DNA of 64,000 nucleotides from Mobula hypostoma (GCF_963921235.1 NC_086107.1:105960001-106024000); one strand, 5' to 3'; shown: positions 1 through 12,336, numbered from the stretch's first letter. The notes: generated by a model not told the origin, from the letters alone. Numbers and translations: made by a program.

Positions 1-296
1 AAATAAATAGCGCAAAAAGACAGTAAAGTAGTGCGGGAGTGTTCATGGGTTCATTGCCATTCAGAAATCTGATGGCAGAGAGGAAGAAACTTTTCCTAAC
101 AAAGTTGAGATTTTGTTTCCTGCTCTTTCTTGATTCAGCAGTGGGGGATATCCGCAAAGGAGACACTTTACACATGTTAAAGGTTACAGGAAATCACTTA
201 ATTGGAGTTACAAAAATACAGGAAGGAAGAAGAATACCTAATACAATATGGAAAGAACAAAATAATGCTTATCAACTAATCAGTGGACTGATTCAT

Positions 297-1095
297 AAAC
301 ACGAGAAAGTCTGCAGAGGCTGGAAATCCAGAGCAGCACACACAAAGTGCTGGAGGAACACAACAGGTCGGGCAGCATCTATGGGAATGAATAAACAGTC
401 GTTGTTTTGGGCCGACACCCTTCTTTGGGACTGGAAAAAACAAGATTAGAGGTCACAGTAAGAAGGTGGGAGAGGAGAGGAAGACGTACAAGGTAGTAGG
501 AGATAGTTGAAACCAGGAGTGGGGAGGAATGAAGTAAGGAACTAGGAAGTCGATTGGTGAAAGAGATAAAGGGCTGGAGAAGAGGGAATCTGATAGGAAG
601 GGTCAGAGGCCATGGAAGAAGGGGAAGGGGAGGAGCACCAGAGAGAGGTGATGGGTAGATAAGGAAGCAAGGTGAGAGAGGGAAATGGGAATGGGGAATG
701 GTGAAGGAGAAGTGGGGGACAATTACAGAAAGTTCGAGAAATCGATGTTTATACTCAGACGGAATATAAGGTGTTGCTCCTTATTGCAGCAGTAGAGGAG
801 TCCATGGACTTACATTTGGAATGGGAATGGGAAGTCGAATTGAAATGGGTGGCCACTGGGAGATCTCTGATTAAGTCTACGAATCTACATTGGGTCTCAC
901 TGATATACGGGAGGACAACATTTCCAACATCTGCAGGTTTTCTCTTGTAGATGATAGGTGAAGCCAAATTGGGTGGGAAAGGTGAAGGACTGGAGAGGAA
1001 GGAATCTGATAGGAGAGGAGAGTGGACCGTGGGAGAAAGGTGTTGCTCTGCCACTCTCCTTGGCACAAGAGGAAACCATGGACTGACATGTTGGA
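297..1095 (-). mobile_element. Decayed Penelope-like element
   Basis: Pseudo-LTR and GIY-YIG C-terminal remnant (DLPVATHFNSTSHSH). 10-bp TSD actgattcat at 287-296 and 1096-1105. Confidence 0.8.
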
Positions 1096-3046
1096 ACTGA
1101 TTCATTGATTATGTCTGGCAGAGTCTCAGTGACTCTCTCTCTCTCTTAGCACCAGTTGCAACCCAGCCCAGAAGCTCACTTTTATACCTTTCAGAACCTA
1201 ACACAATACCTACTCCAGTATTTTTAAATTCAGTCATAGTACCACTCTGCACCCCCTATCTCCTGTGATCCTGAGCCAAGGCATGTACCGTAAAAATAGA
1301 GACAGTAGGTCTGCAAGAAGGAATTTTTCATCAGTCTCTAATGTCAAGACCATGCATCAAAAGCCCAAGCACGTCAAGATATTGCCACTTTCCAAGCTGT
1401 CACCTTTTTGTGTTACACACTTTGCACTTACAAAGGAGGAATCAAATATACCCTTTCTAAAATGTTCTCCTTACAACTGGGGAGGGGGAGCGGGGGAATT
1501 GATGTGAATGTGGTAAGTATAAAAGGTGGGATTAGTGTAGGATTGGCGTTTATGGGTGAAGGTTGGGATGGACTCAGTGGCCAAGTGATCTGTTTCCCTG
1601 GTGACCGTTTCTATGGCCTCCAGTACTCTGAGAAATATAGACGACTGGCTATTTATAGCAACTCTCACAACACGCTTGAGGAACTCAGCAGGTCGGGCAG
1701 CATCCGTGGAAACGATCAGTCAACGATTTGGGCCGGAACCCTTCATCAGAACCAACGAACCCGGCCCGAAACGTTAACTGATCGTTTCCACGGATGCTGC
1801 CCGACCTGCTGAGTTCCTCCAGCGTGTTGTGAGTGTTGCTTCCACCCCAGCATCCGCAGAGTATTTTGAGGCTAATTATAGCAACAGGGCTTCCTGCTGT
1901 GTTCACTGCATACCTGCCCTTCATTGACCCCAAAGCACTCTGGGATGTCTTAAGGGGGAATAAAACACGCTATCTCCATGTCGGTCCTTTTTGTGAAACT
2001 TGATCTTCGGCCCAGTTTGGGCTCTGGCAGAGATGCGGACACAAATACTCCTACACCCCACAGCTTTCTTCCACCGGTAAACATCAAGGTTGCTTCAGGA
2101 AAAAAATATTGAAGGTAAGTGTAAACATTTGTTGAATTGAGGTTGTGGACCATGCAGTACACATTCCCCATGTTCCTGTCTGGCATAATGGTGCCTGGGC
2201 TGGAAGGTTTTGCGGTGCTGTATGAACCCAGTTTGATTTGCACAGCCCTGTATACACTGGCAGTCACAGCCGGCCTGTTGCTGTTTGCTTTGCGACTGAG
2301 TCAATCAAATGTGCCTTTGGATACACGGTCACACCTGGGAGGATGGTGGGAGAGAAAAGTCCCCGGGAGTGGGGGCGTAGCGACAACAAATTGCATCAAA
2401 TATTTGGTGTCTGGAAGTGCCTAGCCATCAACTAAAGGAAGATAGACCCTGTGTGAATTGTGCTCACCGACTGTTTCCAGCACCAGCCGTTAGATTCATT
2501 ACCTGTTGCTCATTTACGGTGGGTGAAAAAGCTTTGAAGTTTTCAAAGTTCAAAGTAAATTTATTATCAAGGTACCTGAGCTCATTTTCTTGCGGGCATA
2601 CTCAATCCAATAATCATAATAAAATCAATGAAAGCCCACACCAACCAGTACGCAAAAAACAGCAAGCTATGCAAATACAAAAAGAAAGAAATAATAATAA
2701 ATAAGGCCAGATATAAATGTAAAGGCTCAGAGCTAGAGAAATGCCAAGAGAAGCTCCAAGGAGCTCGTCCCTGGGAGAAGAAGGACCTTCATGGATGGGT
2801 TACACCTGGGGACAGCATGAAAGACAGGCCCGGGACAGACAACTCCGACAGGCTGCAGTTGGCAGCCCATGTTCCCACAGGACTGATGGGCTTAAGGTGA
2901 AGAAGAAGTAGAACTGCACACTGTTAGGGCATATGCTGCACGTAGGGTGTGCCGCAAAATATTAACTTCCACAGCCAATCTTTAGACCTGAACGTGGATT
3001 AAATTTAAAATGTAGATCTGGACGATAGGTTCCCAGAGCTGTACAC

Positions 3047-3832
3047 ATAGTCATAGTCATAGTCATACTTTATTGATCCCGAGGGAAATTGGTTGTCGTT
3101 ACAGTTGCACCATAAGTAATTAAATAGTAATAAAACCATAAATAATTAAATAATAATATGTAAATTATGCCAGGAAATAAGTCCAGGACCAGCCTATTGG
3201 CTCAGGGTGTCTGACCCTCCAAGGGAGGAGTTGTAAAGTTTGATGGCCACAGGCAGGAATGACTTCCTATGACGCTCTGTGTTGCATCTCGGTGGAATGA
3301 GTCTCTGGCTGAATGTACTCCTGTGCCCACCCAGTACATTATGTAGTGGATGGGAGACATTGTCCAAGATGGCATGCAACTTGGACAACATCCTCTTTTC
3401 AGACACCACCGTCAGAGAGTCCAGTTCCATCCCCACAACATCACTGGCCTTACGAATGAGTTTGTTGATTCTGATGGTGTCTGCTACCCTCAGCCTGCTG
3501 CCCCAGCACACAACAGCAAACATGATCGCACTGGCCACCACAGACTCATAGAACATCCTCAGCTTCGTCCGGCAGTTGTTAAAGGACCTCAGTCTCCTCA
3601 GGCTCTGTCCCTTCTTGTAGACAGCCTCAGTGTTCTTTGACCAGTCCAGTTTATTGTCAATTCTTATCCCCAGGTATCTGTAATCCTCCACCATGTCCAC
3701 ACTGACCCCCTGGATGGAAACAGGGGTCACCGGTGCCTTAGCCCTCCTCAGGTCTACCACCAGCTCCTTAGTCTTTTTCATATTAAGCTGCAGATAATTC
3801 TGCTCACACCATGTGACAAAGTTTCCTACCAT
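3047..3832 (-). mobile_element. Rex1/Babar-like LINE 3' fragment
   Basis: ORF 3194-3892 reads WCEQNYLQLNMKKTKELVVD...YRYLGIRIDNKLDW...CNTERHRKSFLPVAIKLYN, followed by AATAAA and an (ATGACT)n tail at 3047-3066. Confidence 0.85.
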
Positions 3833-5976
3833 CAGCAGGGAATGGAAAACCAGACAATGCTGATTAACATTTATTTTGGGTGTCTGGAGCATGGGTGCGA
3901 AAATTATATGTGATTCAAAGGAAGCATTGTAGATACATTGTAAATAGAGAATTGTCCTTTGAGCTCTAGCATATATAATGTAATGTGATGTTGGGTTGAA
4001 CAGTTCTCTTCCTCTTAAAGGGTCTCAGTATGATTGTAGAAGGGCCAAGATGGCCTGTTTCCATGCTGTAATTGTTATATGATGTTTTTGTTGAATAAAC
4101 CACTTGTGCATCCATAAGCTTCAGACTCTCATTGGTGACTTGGTTTGCTTTACAACACACACAATACTCCAAGTGCAGCCTAACCAAAGTTTGATGTACA
4201 GTAAATGAAATGTGACTTAGTGACTCTTATACTCAACGCCCCGACCAATAAAGGCAAGCATGCCATCCACTTTCTTAATCAGCCTGTGTACTTGCATGGC
4301 TACTCCTACTGAGCTAATTAAACCTTCAATCGTCCACCAGTAAACTAGCGCAGACAAGGTTATCAAAGCTGGCCTGAAGACTCACTTATGCTCACAGGAG
4401 TCAGAGGAGGTTTGTAGAAGAGGACATCTAATTGGAGTCTGTAAATTTTAACTATTTAGGATGATAATTCTATAACCTGCAAAGAGATAAGCGATTGAGT
4501 ATTTCTACTGTCAATCAAGTTTGGTGACCACCCTACTGCAACTGATCTTATGTAGATAATTTATATGTAATGTGTTATAATACATAATATATACCGTAGC
4601 ATAGCATATAGTACATAATATGCATGAGCAGTATGGTAGCGTGGAGCTTAGCTATTACAGCGCCAGCGAACCAGGTTTAATTCCTATCATCGTCTGGAAG
4701 GAGTTTGTATGTTCTCCCTGTGTTCCCATGGGTTTCCTCTGGGTTATCCTCCCACATACTGTACCAAAGACATACGAGTCCGTAGATTAATTGGTCACAT
4801 GGGTGTCATTGAATCGGAAGAGCCTTTTAGACCATAAAACATAGGAACAGAAATAGGCCATTCAGCCCGTCGAGTCTGCTCCACATTCCATCTTGGCTGA
4901 TTTATTATTCCTCTCAACCCCATTCTCCTGCCTTCTCCCTGTAACCTTTAATGCCCTTACTAATCAAAACCCTATCAACTACTGGTTTAAGTATATCCAA
5001 TAACTTGGCCTTTGCAGATATCTGTGGCAATGAATTCCACAGACTAACTACCCTATGGCTAAAGAAATTCATTCACGTCTCCGTCCTGGAGGGATGTACT
5101 CTGAGGCTGTGTCCTCTGGTCCTCGACCTCCCCACCATAGGAAACATCCTCTCCACATCCACTCCGTCGAGACCTTTCAATATTAAATAGCCTTCAATGA
5201 AACACCCCCCTCATTTTTCTAAATTCCAGTGAGTACAGGCTCAAAGCCATCAAATGCTCCTCACATGTTAACCCTTTCATTTCCAGGATCATTCTTGTGA
5301 ACCTCCTCTGGACTCTCTCCAATGCAGACACGTTTTGTTACCAGATGGTATCTCCAAATAAAAATTTAAACAAAAGTACATGGAGCTTAGGAAAATAGAG
5401 GGCAATGGGTGACCCTAGGAAATTTCTAAAGTAAGTACATATTCGACACAGCATTGTGGGCCAAAGGGCCTGTATTGTGCTGTAGATTTTCCATGTTTCT
5501 ATGTTTTTAAGTAAGTCTCCTGCATTTTCTGGAGAAATTTCCCGGCTTTTATCAAGAGATGTTGCTGCTGTTGTTAATATTTTTTTAACATTATCTCTAA
5601 ATTAGTTTTGTGTGAGGCACAGTAGACTGATGAGACATTTTCTCCATTTTATGTAGTGTTGTCAATCAGTATTCTGCGTTACTGTTGGCGGTTGTGATGG
5701 GTGGTCAGCACAGACATTCAGTAGCAACATGAGTCAGTTTATGGTGGGTTCACTGCAGACTAGGTCCAGACTGACTCGTGAGTGTGGTAATGAGGGGCAA
5801 CTCCACTGTCCGAGGCAGTGAAGCTAAGCTTGCATCTTATAGTCCAGTGGTCCCCAACCTCCGGGCCGCGGACAGATACCGGGCCGCGAAGCATGCAGGG
5901 GTGTAGTGGTAGCCGGGACGCAACCAGCCCATCTTTAAGAAAAAAGCCAAAATAAACAAGCTAATTAATTAGGTGC

Positions 5977-6612
5977 AAACAACAGGAATTCTGCAGATGC
6001 TGGAAATTCAAGCAACATACATCAAAGTTGCTGGTGAACGCAGCAGGCCAAGCAGCATCTATAGGAAGAGGCGCAGTCGACGTTTCAGGCCGAGACCCTT
6101 CGTCAGGACTAACTGAAGGAAGAGTGAGTAAGGGATTTGAAAGCTGGAGGGGGAGGGGGAGATGCAAAATGATAGGAGAAGGCAGGAGGGGGAGGGATAG
6201 AGCCAAGAGCTGGACAGGCGATAGGCAAAAGGGGATACGAGAGGATCATGGGACAGGAGGTCCGGGAAGAAAGACAAGGAGGCGGGGGTGACCCAGAGGA
6301 TGGGCGAGAGGTATATTCAGAGGGACAGAGGGAGAAAAAGGAGAGTGAGAGAAAGAATGTGTGCATAAAAATGAGTAACAGATGGGGTACGAGGGGGAGG
6401 TGGGGCCTTAGCGGAAGTTAGAGAAGTCGATGTTCATGCCATCAGGTTGGAGGCTACCCAGACGGAATATAAGGTGTTGTTCCTCCAACCTGAGTGTGGC
6501 TTCATCTTTACAGTAGAGGAGGCCGTGGATAGACATGTCAGAATGGGAATGGGATGTGGAATTAAAATGTGTGGCCACTGGGAGATCCTGCTTTCTCTGG
6601 CGGACAGAGCGA
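5977..6612 (-). mobile_element. Penelope-like element 3' fragment inserted in a hAT MITE remnant (begins 5843)
   Basis: Same family as 52543-53368. Perfect 15-bp TSD taattaattaggtgc at 5962-5976 and 6613-6627. Confidence 0.9.
6075..6110 (-). ncRNA. Minimal type I hammerhead ribozyme motif (Penelope pseudo-LTR)
   Basis: Minus strand AGUC-CUGACGA-AGGGUCUCGGCCU-GAAAC-GUC/GACU: stem I AGUC/GACU, intact CUGANGA and GAAA cores, and a palindromic minimal stem III (ACGU). Confidence 0.75.
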
Positions 6613-8356
6613 TAATTAATTAGGTGCCGCCCGGCACGTAAACGTTGGCCCTGATCAGAGGTGACTGCCGATTGCGTAGAGCAAGTGGTGCAAAATCAGT
6701 CGTGATGCTTTAAGTTACAACAGAGAATAAATGGTCTCGTCAATGAGGGAAAAAAGTGACAATGGAACTTAATCCAGAGAACTGTGAAGCGATGCACCTG
6801 GGAAAGTACAACAAGGCAAGGGAACGCACAACTCCACCAAAGATACTTGCAAATTTCTACAGGTGTACCCCAGAGAGCAGTCTAACTGGTGGCATCACCG
6901 TCTGGTAAGCAGGGGGGGCCACTGCACCGGTTCGGAATAAGCTGCAGAAAGTTGTAAACTCAGCTTCACCACGGGCACCAGACTCCCCAACGTCCAGGAC
7001 GTCTTCAAGGAGCAACGCCCCAAAAAGGCAGCATCCATCATGAAAGACTCTCAACACCCAGGTCATGCCTTGTTCTCATTGCTACCATCAGGGAGGAGAT
7101 ACAGGAGCCTGAAGACACACACTCAATAATTCAGGAACAGCTTCTTCCCCTCTGCCATCTGATTTCAGAATGGACTTTGAACCCATGAACACAACCTTGC
7201 TTTCTTTCCCCTTTTTGCACTGCTTAATTAACTTAACTTTTTAAAAAATATATATGTACTTCTTGCTGTAATTTACAGCTTTTACTATTATGTATTGCAA
7301 TGTACTGCTGCCACATTACAGCAAATTTCACGGCATATGCCAGTGGTATTAAACCTGATTCTGACAAATAATATAGATAGTAAGAGGTGTGGAAGAACTA
7401 AGGGATCTCGCAGAGTTTGCCCACATATCATAGGTAGCAGAGCTTGACAGGAAGGTGATTAAAATGAGCTACTGACGCACAAGAGGAACTGTGAGGTTAT
7501 GCTGCTGCTGTATACAACCCCAGTTAGTCCACAGCTGCAGTGCTCAGTACAGACCTGTCACCACATTACAGTACAGATACCATTGTGCTGGAGGACGGGT
7601 AGAGGGGGATTATGGTGATGTTACCAAGACTGGAAAACTGAGGCAGTTAGAAAAGATGAGATCAGAACGGTTGTTTTTCTTCGGAACAGAAGAAAGCGAG
7701 GGGAGATTTAATTACAGAGTGCAAAGTTATAGTGGGTCCACATAGAGGCAATGAGGCAACACACACACAAAATGCCGGGGGAACCCCGCAGGCCGGGCAG
7801 ATTCTGTGGAAAAGAGAAAACAGCTGACATTTCGGGCCAAGACACCTCATCGGGACCTGATGAAGGCTCTCGGCCTGTTCACTCTTTTCCGTAGATGCTG
7901 CCTGGCCTGCTGAGTTCCTCCAGCATTTTGTGTGCGTTGCTTTGGATTTCCAGCGTCTGCAGATTTCCTCGTGTTTGTAGAGACAATGAAGGCTATTTTT
8001 CCTTCGCAAGTAAGAGGGCTGGAGGAGAAGGAGAACGACACTTACTTTTCAGAGAGATGCGGAGCTGTAGAACCCACTGCCTGAAACGGTGACACAGGTA
8101 GAGACTGTCAACTTGGTTAAAAGATATTCAGGTAAGTGGGCAGGGAGCTGTCAGGGGGACAGACCAAGTGCTGGTGGGATAAGGCTGGGCAGTTCACTTC
8201 CTACAATGGGCCAAATGGCCTCCATCTATTTGGAAAACAATCTCTGAGCACACCACTCTATATTATTAGCAAATCCCTTTAGAAACCTAAACACAGCATT
8301 ATCCTTAGCTCCCTGCTGCCTCTCCTCTGCTGAGAGTGGACTGCCAGACTGCACTT

Positions 8357-8775
8357 TGTACTCACTGGAATTCAGAAGGATGAGAGGAGATCTGGTAGAA
8401 ACGTATAAAATTTTGAAAGGGATAGATAAGGTAGAGGCAGGAAAGTTGCTTCCACTGGATGGTGAGACTAGAACTAGGGGACATAGTCTCAAGATTCGGG
8501 GGAGTAGCTTTAGGATGGAGATGAGGAGGAACTGCTTTTCCCAGAGAGTGGTGAATCTGTGAAATTCTCTGCCTAATGATGTAGTGGAGGCTACCTCAGT
8601 AAATATATTTAAGACAAGGTTGGATAGATTTTTGCAAAGTGGGGAAATTACGGGTTATGGGGAAAAGGCAGGTAGGTGGAGATGAGTCCATGGTCAGATC
8701 AGCCATGATCTTATTGCATGATGGAGCAGGTTCGACGAGCCAGGTTGCCGACTCCTGCTCCTATTTCTTATGTTC
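8357..8775 (+). mobile_element. CR1 3' fragment (many similar fragments, e.g. 4829-5325, 28870-29195, 36035-36375, 36780-37060, 39635-39850, 40245-40715, 56655-57120)
   Basis: YSLEFRRMRGDLVETYKILKG...TRGHSLKI...FSQRVVNL followed by the CR1 3' UTR. Confidence 0.9.
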
Positions 8776-8886
8776 TTTTGAGAGGCAGGTCTGTTTAGAT
8801 AATTGGCCCTTCCTACCCAGACTCATCATCGCAGCCATTCTGACCGGAAGATAAAGCAGGCAATGCGATGAGGAAGAATGCATTTG

Positions 8887-8896
8887 TTTATTTATT
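8887..8896 (-). terminator. Candidate polyadenylation signal (overlapping AATAAA) in duplicated 3'-flank copy A
   Basis: tttatttatt on the + strand. The same position is conserved in paralogous copy B (16338-16351). Confidence 0.35.
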
Positions 8897-9935
8897 TTTT
8901 TCTGTTATGTTTGCAAGAATGCGGTGGTACTGAAGTGTTTTCACCCTACATACACAGAGACGATTTGCAGTGCGGAGAAATCATAGTGACAAGGAATTTA
9001 AAAGCATTAGCAACTGCAGTATTATGTTGTAGACCTGCATATCATTAATAGTTAATCGAATATTAAAGTGTCTGTGCTGTAACATCATTATAAAGTATGC
9101 GTTTTTGTTTTCACCATTTGTGCCTTTCAAATGTTGAATATTTAAACATTAAATATTCCTGCAGATTTTTGACAAACTACACAGGCTAGAGTTACTGGGA
9201 ATGGTGATTCAGAAGAGAGGTAGCTGTACTGGTAGTGGAGAGGGAAATACAATGGGCACATTCCCTATTATGTCTCAGCATAGACCTCCCTCCGTGGGGT
9301 TGTTCCCAAATGTTCCCAAACATCCTGATGACCAAACTCCTTTCTGCTTCTCTCCCCCTCCAGTGGCAAATCCACCTCTGGTTTTAACAGCGTGTGATTG
9401 AAAGGTTCACAGCTGGCAGCTAGTTCTTACTCCTGAGTTCATGTCTACTAAAAATCCCTCTTTTCCCCAACTCGTGTTTGTAGTCCCGCAGACTCCACAG
9501 GGTCTTGACGTCCGGGCGTGGTTCCACCTGCGGCTTAGCAACCGTGGGGTCAGGTGGGGCACTGAAGGTCAAAGGTGAAGGAGCAGCAAGAGAGACACAG
9601 ACGAAGGGAGACCCACAATCCCACCTGAACCAGGCAGGGTCTTTCTTCACTCTTTTCACCTTTGACGGACACTTGTCGCATCCAGCTTCCAAGCACATCA
9701 CTGGGCGTGCAGGGCCGAAAATGCGTGCCAGAGACTGCGCTGAAAAGTGGGGCATCAGAGCACGACTTCCAAAGCACTTTCTGGGGGGGTCGGGGTGGGG
9801 GTGGTGAGATGAAAGAGGAAGAATGGCCAGATGCCTTGCCTTAGCCTCCCCCAGTAAGTAGTGTTAACTTTTCATATTTCCAGTAACCATATCACTCTGA
9901 CCACTGCCGGCTTTGACAAGAGAGATGCCTACACT

Positions 9936-10591
9936 CTGTGTGTGTGAGAGTGAGAGTGAGAGAGACTGAGAGAGAGAGAGTGAGACAGAGAGAGAGAGAG
10001 TGAGAATGAGAGAGAGAGTGAGAATATGAGAGAGAGAGAGAGAGAGAGTGAGAATATGAGAGAGAGAGAGAGAGTGAGAAACCTACACTGTGTTTGAGAG
10101 AGTGTGAGAATGTGATACCTACACTGTGAGAGTGAGAGTGTGAGTGTGTGTGTGTGTGTGTGAGTGTGTGTGAATGTGTGTGAGTGTGTGTGAATGTGTG
10201 TGTGTGTGAGTATGTGTGAGTGTGTGTGAATGTGTGTGTGTGTGTGTGAGTGTGTGTGAATGTGTGAGAGTGTGTGTGTGAGTGTGTGTGAGTGTGTGTG
10301 TGTGTGAGTGTGAGTGTGTGAGTGTGTGTGAGTGTGTGTGTGTGTGTGAGTGTGTGTGAATGTGTGTGAGTGTGTGTGAATGTGTGTGTGTGTGAGTATG
10401 TGTGAGTGTGTGTGAATGTGTGTGTGTGTGTGAGTGTGTGTGAATGTGTGAGAGTGTGTGTGTGAGTGTGTGTGAGTGTGTGTGTGTGTGTGTGTGTGAA
10501 TGTGTGAGAGTGTGTGTGTGTGTGAGTGTGTGTGAATGTGTGTGTGTGTGAGTGTGTGTGAATGTGTGAGAGTGTGTGTGTGTGTGAGTGT

Positions 10592-10638
<47 letters not shown>

Positions 10639-10653
10639 TGTGAGAGTGTGTGT

Positions 10654-10692
<39 letters not shown>

Positions 10693-10712
10693 ATTGAGAG
10701 AGAGAGAGAGAG
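9936..10712. repeat. Long compound (TG)n/(AG)n microsatellite
   Basis: About 780 bp of TG/AG dinucleotides punctuated by gaat and gagt. It produces the spurious His-Thr ORFs. Confidence 0.98.
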
Positions 10713-11056
10713 GTCACTCGTCAAGCACTCTTTACACCAGTGGTTCCCAACTTTTTTATGCCGAGGACCCCTAACATTAATCAAGGGATCCACGACCCCT
10801 AGGTTGGAAACCCCTCCTTTACACCCTCATCAGTGGTTCAATGTTTCCATTGATATGAAAATAATTAATAGTCGATCAAATATTAATCTGGCTGTGCTCC
10901 AGCATCATTGTAATGTATATGTTTTTGCTTCCATCAGTTATGGATCTTGGAGTTGCTGACGTTTGGATATTCCTTCGGTCTTCTGAAGACATACATGGGT
11001 TAGAGAGATACTGTTGCTAGAATTAGTTGACCAGAAACGTGATAGTTATGGGGAAG

Positions 11057-11435
11057 GCGCAAAATGCCGGAGGAACTCAGCAGGCCAGGCAGTATCTATG
11101 GGAAAGAGTAAACAGTCGACGTTTCGGGCCGAGACCCTTCATCAAGACTGGAGAGGAAAGAGAGGAGTCAGAGTAGGAAGGTGGGGGGAGGGGAGGAAGA
11201 AGTACAGTGGGGCAGGTGATAGGTGAAACCGGGAGAGGGGGAGGAGGTGAAGTAAAGAGCTGCAAAGTTGATTGGTGAAAGAGATGAAGGGCTGGAGGAG
11301 GGGGAATCTGATAGGAGAGGGTAGAAGAAAGAAAAGGGGGAGGAGCACCTGACAGAAGTGATGGGCAGGTAAGGAGATAAGATGAGAGAGAGAAACAGGA
11401 ATGGGGATGGTGAAGGAGGGGGGAAAACACCGAAA
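11057..11435 (-). mobile_element. Penelope pseudo-LTR fragment inside the 3' UTR/flank of the MGP-like gene
   Basis: Same gaggaactcagcaggccaggcagcatctatgg...cagtcgacgtttcgggccgagacccttcatc terminus and purine-rich body. It is absent from the paralogous copies A and B. Confidence 0.8.
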
Positions 11436-12170
11436 GGTCAATAATGCTCCCCCTGTTATATCTCAACATGGCCAAGCATCAGTGGGATTGTGGTGAGTCC
11501 CCAATTGCCCAAAGAGGTGAAAGTTTTCTCATCACAAAACTCCTTCCCTTTTTTTGTGTCTTCTCCCTACCCTGTAAAGGCATCCGTTAGTCTTGCGAGA
11601 CCATAGCTCTGCGCCTGGAAAGTCTTCACTCTCCAGGGCGCAGGCCTGGGCAAGGTTGTATGGAAGACCGGCAGTTGCTCATGCTGCAAGTCTCCCCTCT
11701 CCACGACACCGATGTTGTCCAAGGGAAGGGCATTAGGACCCATACAGCTTGGCACTGGTGCCGCCACAAAGCACTGTGTGGTTAAGTGCCTTACTCAAGG
11801 ACACAACATGTTGCCTCGGCTGGGGATCGAACTAGCAACCTTCAGATCACTAGTCGAATGCCTTAACCACTTGGCCACGTGCCCACAAGGGGGAATTAAA
11901 CCTTCAGCTCTAACCGTGCAAGCGTGTGGTTCAGGAGGCACTGAACTCTTATCCTGAGCCGGGCTGAATGCTTATTTTCTTTACCCTCTCTGTCTAAGAG
12001 GGAGGGATAAGAGATTGGTCCTCGGCCATTGAGATCAATTATCTGTTTCCTCTGCTTTGCCTTGCCTGGTGCATTACACTAACTTGATATTTTTCCAGTA
12101 ACTGTATTGCTCTGACCGGCACCTGCTTTGACAGGGGAGTGAGGGGTTGGGAGATTCTTCGTAATCACAC

Positions 12171-12336
12171 TCAGTATTTAGCATAGGAGGCATAGTAGTA
12201 GGGTCTGGGGTATCCATAGTAACCGTAGCCACAGCCTTTGCCATAGTATGAGTAGGGGTAATCCTTTCCGCAGTTCTCATCATCGTCACAGTATTCTCTG
12301 TGAAGTTCAACAGGGCCCCTATAGATCTCCCGGGCA
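12171..12336 (-). CDS. mgp: Terminal coding exon (Gla domain) of a Matrix Gla protein-like gene (probably the chondrichthyan Mgp2-type paralog)
   Basis: Minus-strand acceptor ttctttctgtgtgtttcAG (AG at 12338-12337), phase 2. The exon reads T+AREIYRGPVELHREYCDDDENCGKDYPYSYYGKGCGYGYYGYPRPYYYASYAKY-TGA. PVELHREYCDDDENC matches the MGP core PVHELNREACDDYRLC (ExxxExC-x5-C). Assignment to a specific paralog is inference. Confidence 0.88.

Larger units (their letters stand above)
5680..9925. repeat. Local segmental duplication, copy A (3' UTR and downstream flank of the MGP-like gene)
   Basis: Collinear homologous blocks with copy B: 5680-5838 ~ 13518-13665; 7390-7755 ~ 15141-15502; 8810-9350 ~ 16260-16830; 9840-9920 ~ 18040-18112. 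Confidence 0.85.

Noticed and set aside
2095..2304. Cys-containing ORF (CDCQCIQGC...)
   Set aside because: It has no convincing splice acceptor or ATG and no family match I can recognise.
9929..10793. 262-aa and 224-aa His/Thr-rich ORFs
   Set aside because: They are translations of the TG/AG microsatellite.
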